Below are positions 1 through 13,987 of a DNA stretch of 53,763 bases, one piece after another. The stretch is from assembly GCF_004010195.1 (NCBI RefSeq), contig NC_057757.1, positions 6,386,879 through 6,440,641 of the forward strand. The letters run 5' to 3'. Made by a program: the position numbers and the translations under genes. This DNA comes from Chiloscyllium plagiosum (taxonomy: Eukaryota). Every line of letters starts with the position of its first letter. The stretch's first letter is position 1. The notes beneath the pieces were generated by a model, which did not search any database, was not told the DNA's origin, and saw nothing but the letters and a program-made list of their open reading frames with translations.

Positions 1-905
1 ACAAACAATAACAGGCCCATCACTGACCCCTGAGGCACTCCACTAGTCACAGGCCTCCAGTCCGAGAAGCATCCTTCCATTATTAACCTCTGCTTCCTAC
101 CATTAAGCCAATTGTGTAACCAGTTTGCCAGCTCATCCTGGATTCCATGAGATTTAATCTTCCAGAGCAGCCTACCATGTGGAACCTTATCAAAGGCCTT
201 ACTGAAGTCCATATAGACTATGTCTACCGCTCTGCCCTCATCAACCTTTCTGGTCACTTCATCAAAGAACTCTTAACAAATTTGTGAGAGAGGATCTCCC
301 ACTCATAAAGCCATGCTGATTATTCTTAATCAAACCCTGTCTTTCCAAATGTATGTATATCTTATCCCTCAGAATCTTCTCAAATAACTTGCCCACCATA
401 GATGTTAAGCTTACTGTTCTACAGTTCTCAGGCTTTTGTTTGCACCCTGCTTGAATAAGGGCACAACATTCACTACCCTCTAGTCATCCGGGACCTCACC
501 TGTAGCTAACAATGATGCAAAAATATCAGCCAGGGCCCCCCGCAATTTCTTCCCTAGCCTCTTGCAGTATTCTTAGATATAACTGGCCAGGACCAGGAGA
601 TTTATCCGCCTTCGTATATTCTAATACACCCAACACCTCCTCCATTGTGATATGGATTGTCCCCAAGATATCACCACTAACTTTCCCAAATCGTCATGTT
701 TTTCTCCACGGTAAACCCAGAGGAGAAATACTCATTGAGCACCTTGCCATCTCCTGCGGTTCTACACATATATGTCCACTTTGGTACTTAAGGGACCCTA
801 TTCTCTTTCTAATAATTCATTTTCCTTTAATACACTTAAAGTACCTCTTTGGATTCACCCTAATCTTCTCAGCCAAGGCCATCATATATCCCCTTTTAGC
901 CCTCC
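1..905 (-). mobile_element. CR1-clade LINE reverse-transcriptase remnant
   Basis: Reverse strand around 165-230 reads AVDIVYMDFSKAFDKVPHGRLL; homologous to the + strand CR1 at 6023-6766; disrupted. Confidence 0.85.
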
Positions 906-929
906 TGACTTCCTTCTTCAATAAGAATA

Positions 930-1408
930 TTGCGTGTAATTCTGATCTCCCTGCTATAGGAAGGGTGTTGTGGAACTTGAAAGGATTGAGAAAAGATTTA
1001 CAAGAATGTTGCCAGGCTTGATATGTTTGAGCTACAGAGAGAGGCTGAGTTTTCCCTGGAGAATCGGAGGCTGGGGGTAACCTTATAGAATTTTATCAAA
1101 TCTTTTTACCAAGATAGGGGAGACCAAACGGTTTAATGTGAGAAGGGAAAGATTTAAAATGGACCTAAGGGGCAACTTTTTCACACTGAAGATGGTGCAT
1201 GTATGGAATACGCTGGCAGAGGAAGTGGTGGAGGCTGTACAATTACAACATTTAAAAGGCATCTGGATGGATATATGAATAGGAAGGGTTTAGAGGGATA
1301 TGGAACAAATGCTGGCAAATGGGAATAGGTTAATTTAAGATATTTAGATGGCATGGACAAGTTGGACTGAAGAGTCTGCTTCTGTGCTATACATCTGTAT
1401 AACTATGA
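930..1408 (+). mobile_element. CR1/HER1 LINE 3' fragment
   Basis: Decayed KLER.QKRFTRML motif and the 3' UTR shared with many copies in the window. Confidence 0.8.
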
Positions 1409-1596
1409 GATTTAATTGAAGTGTAAAGGTTATAGGTGATTGACCAAGTAGATGTAGAGTGGATATTTCCCCTTGTGGGACAATCTCGAAGGAAACATCA
1501 TAGTTTTAGGATAAGGGGTGGCAGATATAAAACAGATGAAGGGGAATTACTTATCTCAAAGGGTCATGAACCTGTGGAATTTATTGCCCTAGAGCG

Positions 1597-1910
1597 GTGG
1601 TACAGTGGCTCAGTGCTTAGCACTGCTGAGTCAATGCACCAGGGACCAGGGTTCAATTCCACCCTTGATTATCTGTGTGGAGTTTGCACTTTCTCCCTGT
1701 GTCTGCGTGCGTTTCCTTCCACAGTCCAAAGATGTGCAGGTTAGGGTGGATTGGCCATGCTACGTTCCCCCACAGTACCCAGGTGGTCTACCAATGGGAA
1801 GTGCATGGTTACGGGGAGGGGGTTCAAGTCTGGGTGGGAGATGGTGTTTGAGAGTTTTGTGGACTTGATGGGCTGAATGGCCTGCTTCCACACTCTAGAG
1901 ATTCTATGAT
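1597..1910 (+). mobile_element. HE1-type tRNA-derived SINE inserted in a CR1 remnant
   Basis: A-box TGGCTCAGTGCTTAG, B-box GGTTCAATTCC, body homologous to 38348-38676, CR1-like tail. Confidence 0.75.
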
Positions 1911-2775
1911 ACAGATTGCATTGGACACTGAATAAATTTAAGGAGGAGATGGATTTTTAATTAGTTATAGGTTGAAGAAACAGGAGAGCGCACAGGAAAG
2001 TGGTGTTGAGGCCGAGATGAGATCAGCTATGATCATAATTGATGAAGGAGCATGCTCGAGGGGCTGAACTGCTTACTCCTGCTGCTCATTACTAAATTTG
2101 CATTTTTTTTCATTACAAACCTGAACCGTCTGCTTCTAATAATACCCCTTAGTCTTAAACGCTGCCCCCCTCCCCCAACTAGCAGAAATAGTTTCTCCCT
2201 ATCTGTTTCTCTTAATGTCTTGAAAGCTTTAATCAAATCACCCCTTACTTAACAGGTTAAGGACTGGGCAAAATCACTTTGACTGTTTAACAACATATAA
2301 CATAATTGCAAAAAGCACGGATCAAATATTAGACACCCCCTTTTATAGAGGAAAATATTCGGTTAATGTTCTGTAGAACACAGAAATATTCAGGACCTTC
2401 CTGACCTCCAGTAGATTCTATGTTCTATGATCTATTTCCAGTACTTTTCTGGCCTTTATAGATTGAGACAGAGTGTACCAGCAAGGCTCTGGTCAATCTT
2501 CACAAAACACTGGATCATACTCAGCTGGAGTAATCTACGAGGTAAAAACAGAGGGAGTAATCTATCCCATTCTGAAGACATTAGAATGCAGAAAGGATTT
2601 ACAAGAATTGTTCAAAAGGGATTTCATTTTGAGAACAGATGAGAGAATGTTTGATGGAGTAAGAGGTCTGAATAGAGTGAATAAAGACCATTCTAAATGG
2701 CAGAAGAGTTAAGATATGTTGAGTGGCAAAAGAACCAATGGCGATATGAGGAAAAGTCTTTTATGCAGGGATCAC

Positions 2776-3258
2776 TTAGAGTCGCAGAGCTGCACAGCAT
2801 GGAAACAGATCCTTCGGTTCAACTCGTCCATGACAGATACCCGAAATGAATCTAGTCCCATTTGCCCCATATCCCTCTAAACTCTTCCTAGTCATGTACC
2901 CATTCCGATGCCTTTTAACTGTAATTGTATCAACCTCCACCACTTCCTCTGGCAGCTCATTCCACACAGACACACACCACCCTCTGCGTGAAAAAGTTGC
3001 CCCTCAAGTCTTTTAAATGTTCACCTTAAACCCATGCCCCCCAGTTTTGAACTCCCCCACCCCGGGGAAAAGACCTCATCCATTTACCACATTTGTGTCC
3101 CTCATAAACTTCTATAATGTCACCCCTTAGCCTCTGATGCTCCAGGGAATATAGCCCCAGCCTATTCAGCCTCTCCCGATAGCTAAAACCCTCCAACACT
3201 GGCAACATCCTTGTAAATCTTGTCTGAACCCTTTCAAGTTTCACATCTTTCCTACAGA
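2776..3258 (-). mobile_element. CR1 LINE 3' fragment
   Basis: ORF 3026-3244 KLERVQTRFTRMLPVLEGFSYRERLNRLGLYSLE. Confidence 0.85.
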
Positions 3259-3260
3259 CC

Positions 3261-3855
3261 TGAATTTTTCTTTTACGAAGAAAGGTAGAGACAGATTGGT
3301 TTACTCAGAGGCCAATAAAGTAAACAGTTTATGAAGCCTTGGATTTCTTTTTAAAGGTGGAACAATAGAAGCAGCCTGACTGGGTGTGTTAACCTCCCAC
3401 AAACCAGAATTTTTAGTTTTAGTTTTTCAATCACAGTTGCAGGGTTTTGGAGCTGCAGTACATCTCTCCCTGCTACTCTCTCTCTCAGAATTTTCTCTTG
3501 ATGTTTTTCCCTCCTGGATTGGAGAATTGCCTGTGAGACAATCTGTTTTACTGAATTAGCCTTTGTCAGGGGTGTGTTTAAGGAATGTTATTATATTGGA
3601 CCAGTTATTGCTTAGTAGCAAAATAATCTATTATTCTGTTAAGTTTTCCAATTGAGTTGTTATTCCAATTCTTTATCTTGTTGTATTATATCTATAGTTC
3701 TTGAATAAAGGGTGCTGTGCTTCAAGACTGGTAGTTTGACCAATCGAGTTGCATCTGGAATATAATGCCTTGCACTTGCTTTTGAAATTAAAAAAAGACA
3801 GTGTCTAGGCTGTCCTCTTGACATATTTTGAAAGGGTTTGGTCTGGTCCATAATA
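3261..3855 (+). mobile_element. Probable partial LTR (Gypsy-like, 5'-truncated)
   Basis: AATAAA at ~3704 and terminus GGTCTGGTCCATAATA resembling an LTR end; no 5' TG or TSD located. Confidence 0.35.
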
Positions 3856-4464
3856 TACGTGCAAAGTTGTTGATGCTTCTCAACAATGATGGTCCTGTGA
3901 ATTCTTAACCCTCATCAGTGAGTTTCTGATGGGAATTATTGATTTTGAGTGGATTTCAGTACAGTTTTAAGTTGGTCTGTAGTTCATTTAGCAGACTTAA
4001 TCCTCACAGCAGGACTCCAGTTTGGTGCTAAAATCTGAACTGGCTTGCATTGGTATTTTCAGATGAACATTTGGAGGGATCTGATTAATTTCTCCATCTC
4101 TCACAGGTACATTTTATGTTGAATTCATTGTTTTGGAGAATTGCTGACAGATCGTTTTGCTCATGATTAATGCGACTGCAGCTGTAATTTGCTGCAACAC
4201 TGTTGTAATGAATCTTCTGCCGGTTAAGTGCAAAGTAAATCTGCAAACATAGCAGGGCAACAGATCTTGTGGTGCAGTGGTAGCATTCTTACCTTCTAGG
4301 CTAGGAGGTCTGGGTTCAAATCTCGACTATCCTGGTGGGGTATCATACACACCTAAACAGGTTGATTCACAATGATTAACCAGTGTAGTAGGTAAAACAT
4401 GCCGGAAACAAGAGTTTGTTTTTAGCAGTGGCTGTTCTGAAATGGGCAAGAACATTAAACTGCG

Positions 4465-4855
4465 TGAAAAAGAGATCTCATATTTTCAATGAGAGTCCAA
4501 GTCGCGGGCCAAATTCAGGTAACCTTTATTGAGATTTACAGCTCAGTTACAGCACACAGCAAAAAGACACACGCTTAGCTTCAGAATGTCTTACCTTATA
4601 CAGAGCGGACACGCCCACGCTCCTTTGATTACTATTGGTCAGCCGAGCCAAGTTATCTCTTTGTAATTGGCTCTCTGGTACAGCATCTTATACAGTTCCA
4701 GCTTGCCAAAGATGGACAGACATATGGTCCCCCCCCCAAGTCCTTCAGGATATCTCCCTTTTTGAGGCTTTTCCCAATGGATACTACATACAAATAACAT
4801 TTGCCAGCTGCACCGTGTTAATTGCCAATTAATTACGTACTTGCCTATCACTTCA
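4465..4855 (-). mobile_element. Candidate solo LTR
   Basis: Minus strand shows ordered CCAAT (~4634), TATAAG (~4597), AATAAA (~4527) between TG...CA-compatible ends; no clean TSD. Confidence 0.4.
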
Positions 4856-4934
4856 GGAACCTTCTAAATTTCTCATTATAGGAAATACAAAAGAATATTG
4901 ATTTTTGATCAAAGTTATGTGATTACACCTAACG

Positions 4935-5330
4935 TTGTTGTGGAGGTGCCAGTGTTGGACTGGGGTGGTCAAGGTCAGAAGTCATACAATACCAGGTTAT
5001 AGTCCAACAGGTTTATTTGAAATCACAAGCCTTCACAGTGTAGCCCCTTCATCAGGTGAAGTGAAGAGAAGCATACGTACACAGAATTTATCGGCAGAGA
5101 GATCAAGGGTAGATCAAAAGGTATGAGTGGAGTGTCGAATAAGAAGCCTCTGCAGGTGTGAGTAACACATCCACAGCTGAATGACAAGCAAAGGGATGAC
5201 CTTGTATCCAATTAAATTGGGAAGACAGATAATAAAAAAAATAAAAATGAGGTGGTGCTGGAGACAAACCAAATGACTGGAACAACATGGTAGGTATAAG
5301 AGTCGCATGCCGAGAATCTCACTAAAGTAA
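4935..5330 (-). mobile_element. Penelope-like element terminal (pLTR) remnant with degenerate hammerhead core
   Basis: Shares ACCAGGTTATAGTCCAACAGGTTTATTTG with 50081-50278; minus strand CTGATGAAGGGGCTACACTGTGAAGGCT at ~5028-5055. Confidence 0.65.
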
Positions 5331-7154
5331 TAAGTAGTGGCTCAGGGATGGACAGGACTGGCAGCTTCATGTTCCAGGATACAAATGCTATAGGACTGAA
5401 AGAAAGGGGAGCAAAACAGGAGGTTCAGTAACATTTTTGATAAGAGGTAATTGCCATAGTGTTAAGGGTTTAGATGGAGTTTGTACAAGAAAATTTTCTG
5501 ATTCAGTATGTGGATGTACCTGCTAGAGAAGGTGCAAACTTGACCTGCTTTTGGGAAATAAGGCAGGGCAGGTGACTGAGATGTCAGTGGGGACAGCACT
5601 TCGGGGCCAGCGACCATAATTCTATTAGTTTTAAAATAGTGATAGTAAAGGATAGACCGGATCTAAACGTTAAAGTTTTAAATTGGAAGAGGCCAATTTT
5701 GACGGTACTAGGCAAGAATGTTCAAAAGCTGATTGCGGGCGGATGTTCGTAGGTAAAGGGACGGCTGGAAAGTGAGAAGCCTTCAGAAATGAGACAACGA
5801 GAGTCCAGAGACAGTGTGTTCCTGTCAGAGTGAAAGGCAAGGCTGGTGGGTGTAGGGAATGCTGGATAACTAGAGAAATTGAAGTTTTGGTTAAACAAAA
5901 GAAGGAAGCATATGTCAGGTATAGACAGCAGAGATCGAGTGAATCCTTAGAAGAGTATTTAGGCAAGAGGAGTATACTTAAGAGGGAAGTCAGGAGGGCA
6001 AAAAGGAGACATGCGATAAGCTTTGGCAAATAGAGTTAAGGAGAATCCGAAGGGTTTTTACAAATACATTAAGGACAAAAGGCTAACGAGGGAGAGAATA
6101 GGGCCCCTCAAAGATCAGCAAGGCAGCCTATGCGTGGAGTTGCAGGAGATGGGGGAGATATTAAACAAGTATTTTGCATCAGTGTTTACTGTGGACAAGG
6201 ACATGGAAGATATAGAATGTGAGGAAATCTTGAAAAATGTCCATATTATAGAGGAGGAAGTGCTGGATGTCTTAAACCACATAAAGGTGAATAAATTCCC
6301 AGGACCTGATCAGGTGTACCCTCAAACTCTGTGGGAAGCCAGGGAAGTGATTGCTGAGCCCCTTGCTGAGATATTTGTATCACTGATAGTCACAGGTGAG
6401 GTGCTGGAAGACTGGAGGTTGGCTAATGTGGTGCCACTGTTTAAGAAGGGTGGTAAGGACAAGTCAGGGAACTATAGACCAGTGAGCCTGACGTCAGTGG
6501 TGGGCAAGTTGTTGGAGGGAATCCTGTGGGATAGGATGTACATGTATTTGGAAAGGCAAGGGCTGATTAGGGATAGTCAACATGGTTTTGTGCGTGGGAA
6601 ATCATGTCTCACAAACTTGATTGAACTTTTTGAAGAAGTAACAAAGAGGATTGATGAGGGTGCAGCGGTAGATGTGATCTATATGGACTTCATAAGGTGT
6701 TCAACAAAGTTTCTCATGGTAGACTGGTTAGCAAGGTTAGACCATATGGAATACGTGGAGAACTAGCCATTTGGATACAGAACTCGCCCAAAGGTAGAAG
6801 ACGGGGTGGTGGTGGTGGAGGGTTGCTTTTCAGACTAGAGGCCTGTGACCAGTGGTTTGCCACAAAGTATTGAGTCCAATGCTTTTTGTCATTTATATAA
6901 ATGATTTGGATGTGAATATAGGAGGTATAGTTAATAAGTCTGCAGATGACACCAAATTTGGAAGTATAGTGGACAGTGAAGAAGCTTATCTCAGAGTGCA
7001 ACAGGATCTTGATCAGATGGGCTAATAGGCCGAAGAGTGGCTGATGATAGTTTAATTTAGATAAATGTGAGGAGCTGCATTTTGGAAAGGCAAATCAGGG
7101 CAGGAGTTATACACTAAATGATAAGGGCCTGGGAAGTGTTGCTGAACAAAGAGA

Positions 7155-7801
7155 TGTATGCTCCATACATCAGGAGCATTTCAGAACTGACAGCCAGACT
7201 ACTGCGACCACTAGGACTTATAACAGCACACAAACCAACAGCCACACTCAGACAACAACTCACCAGAACAAAGGACCCTATACCCAGCATGAGCAAAACT
7301 AATGTAGTGTACAAAATCCCATGCAAGGACTGCACAAAACACTATATAGGACAAGCAGGAAGACAGCTAACGATCCGCATCCATGAACATCAACTCGCCA
7401 CGAAACGCCACGACCAACTATCCTTAGTAGCCACACACGCAGACGACAAGCAACATAAATTCGACTGGGACAACACTACCATTATAGGGCAAGCCAAACA
7501 AAGAACAGCCAGGGAATTCCTAGAAGCAGGGCACACATCCACAAACTCCATCAACAAACACATCGACCTGGACCCAATATACCGGCCACTACAGCGGACA
7601 GCTGAAACTGACAACCGGAAGTGGCAGGGACAGGCCACTATAAATGCCGGAGGAAACACCACAGAAGCGCTTCACAGGAGGCTCCCAAGCACTGAGGATG
7701 TCACCTAGACAGGGGACGAAACGTTCGCAACAAAAATTTCCAGCTCGGCGAACAGAACCACAGCAACGAGCACCCGAGCTACAAATCTTCACCCAAACTT
7801 T
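7155..7801 (+). mobile_element. Penelope-like element 3' fragment encoding a GIY-YIG endonuclease
   Basis: ORF 7118-7708: NVVYKIPCKDCTKHYIGQAGRQLTIRIHEH...REFLEA...SINK. Confidence 0.92.
7688..7729 (+). ncRNA. Minimal type I hammerhead ribozyme motif of the Penelope pLTR
   Basis: CTGAGGA (7692-7698), imperfect stem GTCACC/GGGGAC, then GAAAC-GTT (7718-7725). Confidence 0.7.
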
Positions 7802-8589
7802 GGTTCATAGCTCCTTGAAAGTGGAGTTACAGGTAGATGGATAGTGAAGAAGACGTTTGGTATGTTTTCCTTTATTGGTCAGTGCATTGAGTACAGGAGT
7901 TGGGAGGACATGTTTCAGCTGTACAGTACATTGGTTAGGCCACTTTTGGAATATTGTCTGCAATTCTGGTCTCTCTCCAAGAGGAAGGATGTTGTGAAAC
8001 TTGAAAGTATTCAGAAAAGATTTACAAGGATGTTGCCAGAGTTGGAGAGTTTGAGCTATAAGGAGAGACTGAATATGCTGGTGCTACTTTCCCTGGATGG
8101 TCAGAAACTGAGGGCTGACCTTATAGAGATTTATAAAATCATGAGGAGCAAGGATAGGGTAAATAGACAAACCCTAGGGTAGGGGAGTCCAGTACTAGAG
8201 GTCATGGGTATAAGATGAGGGGGGGATAATTTTAAAGGGACCTAAGGGGCAACCTTTTCATGCAGAGATGGTGCCTGTATGGAATGAGCTGCCAAAGGAA
8301 GTGGTGGCGGCTTGTACAATTACAACATTTAAAAGGCATCTAGATGGATACATGAACAGGAAGGATTTAGAGGGAGATGGGCCAAGTGCTTGCAAATGGG
8401 ATTAGATTAGTTTAGGATATCTGGTTGGCACGGACAAATTGGACTAAAAGGGTCTGTTTCCATGCTGTACACCTCTATGACTCTATAAACCAAAACTGTA
8501 CAAATTAATTAAGGTGGAGAGAGAATAATAATTTATCAAGGCAATGGTATCAAAACAGAACAGTAAGGAAGACCCATCCCTGTAACCCA

Positions 8590-9265
8590 CATACATGAGG
8601 TATGGGCATCACTAGCAAGGCCAACAATTGTTGCCCATCTCTGATTATCCCTGAATCAAGTCATTCGGTCCATTGAGTCCACATTGCCCCTCCAAATTCC
8701 ACCAATACCCACCCCACCAACGCTGCATTTCCCATGGCTCATCCACTAAGCCTGCACACCCCTGGACACTATGGGCAATTAAGCATGGCCGATTCACCTA
8801 ACCCGACTGTGGGAGGAAACCGGAGTGCCTGGAGGAAACCGAAACAGACAGGGGGAGAATTTGTAAACTCCACATAGACAATCGCCCAAGGCCGGAATCA
8901 AACTCAGGTCCCTGGCACTGAGGCAGCAGTGCTAACCACTGAGCAGCCCGTGGAGCACCAATCTTGAACTATGTGGCCTGCTAGGGCCATTTCAGAGGGT
9001 AGTTAAGGGTTAATCACATTACTGTGGGTCTGGAGTCTCACATAGGCCAGACCAGGCAAGGAATTCCCTCCATGAAGGAAGTTAGTGAAGCAAGTTTTAC
9101 AACAGTCATTGATAGTTTCACAGTCACCATTACAAACAGTCTAACTTGCAATTCCAGATTCTTTTCTTTTAAATAAAAACTATTTTACATTCCATTGTTT
9201 GCTCAAATGAGAGGTGAACTCCCATCTCCAGAGTTAACATCAATTACTGGACTAGTGGTATTAAC
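8590..9265 (-). mobile_element. Second tRNA-derived SINE family, with nested HE1 SINE (~8660-8950)
   Basis: Homologous to 10133-10500, 16640-16975, 36690-36840 and 49425-49730. Confidence 0.65.
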
Positions 9266-9559
9266 ACAATCCCATCATTTGCCTCTCTCTTCTGTAACCT
9301 GTGATGAAATAAATAACCAGGAATAAATCTAATCGATTAATATTAGTCAACAGGTGAATGTTGGCAGAACAACCCCCCTGCTCTTCAATCTCAAGTGGGA
9401 GAACTTTATTATCTATCTGACAGTGCAGACAGGGCCTTGGTTTAACATTGAATCGGAAGACAGCTGCTATGACAGTGTAGCACTCCACTGGGTGCTGTGT
9501 GCCAATGACTCTATCCACGCTCTTACAATTCAGATGCAACAAAGCTACAAGTGAGCCAT

Positions 9560-10780
9560 GACTTATATTTAAAATATGGATGTAGGATATATACAACTAA
9601 TCACAGGGCCCTGTGTAGTGTTGTAGAACAGAGAGACCGAGATGTTCAGGAACATAATTCTTTGAAATTTGGGTCAAAGGCAGACAGTGTGGTTAAGAAG
9701 GTGTTTGTGACACTTGCCTTCATTGCTCAAGCCTTTGAATAAATGAGTTGGGATACCATTTTGAGGTTGTACAGGATGTTGGTGAGGCATCTTCTGGACT
9801 ACTGTGGGAATTCTGGTTGCCCTGTTATAGGAAGGATTTTATTAAGATGGAGAGGGTTCAGAAGAGATTTACCAGGATGTTTCTGGGACCAGAAGGTTTG
9901 AGTTATAAAGAGAGGCTGGACAGGCTGGGACTTCCTTCACTGCAGCGTAAGAGATTGAGGTTTATCAAATCATGAGGTAAGGTGAATAGCAAGGGTCTTT
10001 TCCCTAAGAGGGGTGGGGGTGGGGAGTCCAATACTAGGGAGCAAAGTTTTGAGGTGAGAGGAGAAAGAATTAAAAAGGACATGAGGGGCAACATTGTTTT
10101 ACACAAAGAGTGGCTAGTGTGTGGAATGAACTTTTGTTTCATTCATTCACGAGACAAAGGGCATCGTTGGCTAGGCCAGCATTTATTGTTCATCCCTAAT
10201 TGCCCCGAGAGTATTTAAATGTCAATCACATTGCTGTGGCTCTGGAGTCACTTGTAGGCTAGACCAGGTAAGGATGGCAGATTTCCTTCCCTAAAGGATA
10301 TTAGTAAACCCATGAGTTTTTCCAACAATTGACAATGGATTAATGGCCATTATTAGACTCTTAATTGCAGATTTCTTTTTCTATTTCAATTCAAATTCCA
10401 CAATCTGCCATGGCAGGAATTGAACGCAGGTCACCAGAACATTACCTAGCTCTCTGGATTAACAGTCCAGCAATAATACCAGTAGGCCATCAGCTCCCCT
10501 AAGACAGAGGAAGTGGTGGTACATTAGATTAGAGGAGCACCCGGAGGAAACCCACGCAGACACGGGGAGAATGTGTAAACTCCACACAGTCAGTCGCCTG
10601 AGTCGGGAATTGAACACTTACAGTATTTTAAAGAGATTTGGATAAGTACATGAATAGGAAAGGTTTGGAGGGCTATGGGCCCAACACAGGCAGGTGGGAC
10701 TAGTTTAGTTTGGGAACATGGTTGGCATGGATTGGTTGGACTGAAGGTTCTGTTTCCATGTAGTTTCCACTCTGTGACTA
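9560..10780 (+). mobile_element. CR1 3' fragment with nested SINE (10133-10500, minus strand) and an HE1 piece
   Basis: [29 protein letters not shown]; 3' UTR resumes at ~10616. Confidence 0.75.
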
Positions 10781-11094
10781 GTGTTGTTAAATAAACAGCA
10801 CAGTTTAGGTAACTGCTGAATTGAGACACTGCGGAAATTTTGACTACAGCAGCATTCTGTACTCTTTGTGACCCTTCATTCCTTATTTGAACAATGGCAA
10901 ACAAGTGTCTGTTAGATGTTAGTATAATCAGAAGAGTTGGTTCGAAGAAATTAAAGGATGCATTTTGCTAAAATCAGGGACAGGTATACCATATAAGTTA
11001 AATTGTATACGATGATCACATAAGTGAAATTGTCCATAGAGAAGGCATTGAGAAATTGTCTTGGTCATTGGACATTGGGTTTGGCTCCTTTTGG

Positions 11095-12084
11095 AATTCT
11101 GTGTTCAATTCTGATCTCCCTGCTATAGGGAAGATGTTGTTAAACTTGAAAGGGTTCAGAAAAGGAAATTGCCGGGGTTGGAGGGTTTGAGCTGTGAGAG
11201 AGGCTGAATAGGCTGGGGCTATTTTCCCTGGAGCATTGGAGGCTGAAGGGTGACCTTATAGAGGTTTATAAAACCATGAGGGGCATGGATATGGTGAATA
11301 GCCAAGGTCATTTTCTCAGGGTAGGGGAGTCCAAAACTAGGGGGTATAGGTTTAAGGTGAGAGTGGAAAGATTTAAAAGGAACTAAGGGGCAACATTTTC
11401 ATGCAGAGGATGGTGTGTGTATGGAATGAGGCGACAGAGGAAGTGATGGAGGCTGGTACAATTGCAACATTTAAAAAGCATCTGGATGGGTATATGAATA
11501 GGAAGGGTTTAGAGGGATTTGGGCCAAATGCTGGCAAATGGGACTACATTAATGGAAGGTGCTAGCTGTGAAGAGAGGTTGAGGAGGTTGGGTTTATTTT
11601 CATTAGAAAAAAGGAGATGCAGGGGGGACCTGATTGAGGTTTACAAAACCATGAAGGGTATAGACAGGGTGGATAGAGACAAGCTTTATTCCCAGGGTGA
11701 AGGATTCAATAACGAAAGGTCACACTTTCAAGGTGAGAGGTGGAAAGTTTAAGGGGGATACACGAGGCAAGTAATTCACGCAGAGGGTGGTGGGCGTTTG
11801 GAACGCGTTGCCAGCAGAGGTGGTAGAGGCAGGCATGGTAGATTCAGTTAAGATGCGTCTGAACAGATGTATGAGTAGGTGGAGAGTAGAAGGATACAGA
11901 TGCTTAGGAATTGACCGACAGGTTTAGACAGTACATTTGGATCGACTGAGGCTTGGAGGGCAGAAGGGCCTATTCCTGGGCTGTAAATTTTGTCTGTTCT
12001 TCTTTATTAATTTAGGATATTGGGATGACCTGGATGAATTGGACAGATAGGTCTGTTTCCGTGCTGTACACCTCTATGACTCTA
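11095..12084 (+). mobile_element. CR1 3' fragment with a second CR1 subfamily nested at 11554-12005
   Basis: Nested copy flanked by direct repeat ATTAAT (11548-11553 and 12006-12011); ORF 11519-11752 EERLRRLGLFSLEKRR. Confidence 0.8.
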
Positions 12085-12684
12085 CTGAGTTCAGAGCTGT
12101 GTGACAGCTAACTTCATTGGCTCAACTACATAGTATTTAATCCCCACCTCAACACTGGGTGCTCAATTGGTTAGGTGATGAGTTGTCATGCAGAATAAAA
12201 CCAACAGTGTGGGTTTGATCCCTTGTAACAGCTGCGGTAGTTCATGGAGGATTCACATGCTGTTGGATCCCTCAGCAATGGGAAGAAGCTACTGACCAGG
12301 AGCTGTTGCTGCTTCAGATTGAGACCCAAGCTGTTCTCTAGCTGTGGAAGTGCATCTTACATAAAACCCATTCAAATGCTTCAAAGGACTTTGGGAAAAA
12401 CAACAGATTGCTTGAATGCCATGGACACTCAGAGCATGCCTCACTTCAGGCAAATAGTCAAGTGCTTCACTTCACTGTGGATAAGTTTCCCTAATACTGC
12501 ATTCAAGAAGTCTTCTAGTGACTGATACCTCAGCTGTGCCTCATGCTTATTCATATTCATCAGAGAATGAATCATTGAAATCTCAGAGTGTTGTAAGGTT
12601 GGAGCAGGTTAAGGAGATTTGAAATGGTGTTATCAGGAAAGAGATTGAAAACAAGTATTAAGGTTTATAAATTAAGGAAAGACC

Positions 12685-13180
12685 ATAAGAAACAGGAACA
12701 GGGGTAGGCCATTTGGCACCTCTGGCCTGCTCCACCATTCAATAGGATCATGGTTGATCCAATATTCCTGCCCTTTTCCTGTAACCTTTGATTTCCCTTC
12801 TGACAACGAATCTACCCATTTCATCCTTAAATATACACAAGAACTCTGCCCCCACAGCTCCCTGAGGCAAGGAGTTCCAAAGTTTCACAACTCTCTCAGA
12901 GAAGAAATTCCTCCTCATGTCAGTCTTAAATTGGCGTCCCTTTATTTTTGAGACTGTTACCTCTGGTCCTAGACTCTCCCATGAGGGTAAACATTCTCTC
13001 AGCATTTACCCTCTCTAGCCCAATGAGAATCCTATGCTTCAACGAGATCACCTCCCATTCTTCTAAACTCCAACTAGAGGAGTCTCAAATTATTCAGGCT
13101 TTGCTCACATGACAATCCTTCTATACCACAGAGCATACAAAGTGAATCCTCTCTGAGCTGCCTCCAATATATTTCCTTAA
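12685..13180 (-). mobile_element. CR1 3' fragment
   Basis: ORF 12748-13005 MRRNFFSERVVKLWNSLPQ. Confidence 0.8.
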
Positions 13181-13987
13181 AGACAAAAGGCTGCTGAGCT
13201 GGGAGCTGTTATCAGTGAGCATAGGGGGCTGGACAATGGGATGCAGTGAGTCAGTACATGTGCAACAGAGGTTTGGTCGATTTCAAGCCCGAGGAGAATA
13301 TAAGGTGAGAGGCCAGGTGGGAGACAATCAAATGGTCAAGTCTAGAGGTGGTAAATGCATGGATAAGGGGTTCAACTGCAGATGAATTAAAGCAGAGGAA
13401 TGGGCAACTTATTTTTTTCTCAGTGACAATGCTAACCTTTCAAGAAGCCTTCTGCTCTCTCTCTCTGATGGGTTCTGACAAACTGTTGAACCCTCTATTC
13501 TCTCATCCCTCATGTGCTTGTTAAGTTTTCCCTAAAGTGCAGTTATAGATTTGTTCCAACCACTGCCTGCGATAGGAAGTTCCACATTTTGACCACTCTT
13601 TGGCTTTCTTGGTGACAACCTTGTACTGATGGACTCTAGCTATAACATTCTCCGCAATCTATAGCCACTCTGTCAAAACTGTTCATCATTTTAAAATCCT
13701 CTAATAGTTATCTACCACTGCCTTCTTTTACCAAAAGAGATTCAACTTGTTCATCCTTTCTTGCAATGTAAGCCCGTCCTTTGTAAATCTTCTGTGCACC
13801 CTCTCCAGAGGCTGTATTTCCTATTTACTAATACAGCTAGCAGAACTGCAACCCCAAAATCTAAATGTGGTCTAACCAAGGTTCAATATAATTTGAGCAC
13901 AACTTCACTGTTTTTCAATTCCATCCCTCTCAAAATGAAGCTTAATTTTATATGCTCTCACTAATCAATAAGCAACTTCTAGAGACC

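Larger units (their letters stand above)
5335..8486 (+). mobile_element. Long CR1 LINE ORF2 remnant (RT to 3' UTR), interrupted by a Penelope insert
   Basis: ORF 6023-6766 has PGPD..YP, WRLANVVPLFKKG, NYRPVSLTSVVGKLLE, QHGFVRGKSCLTNL; resumes at 7802. Confidence 0.92.

Noticed and set aside
512..1021. 169-aa + strand ORF
   Set aside because: Antisense reading of a CR1 RT remnant fused to another CR1 piece
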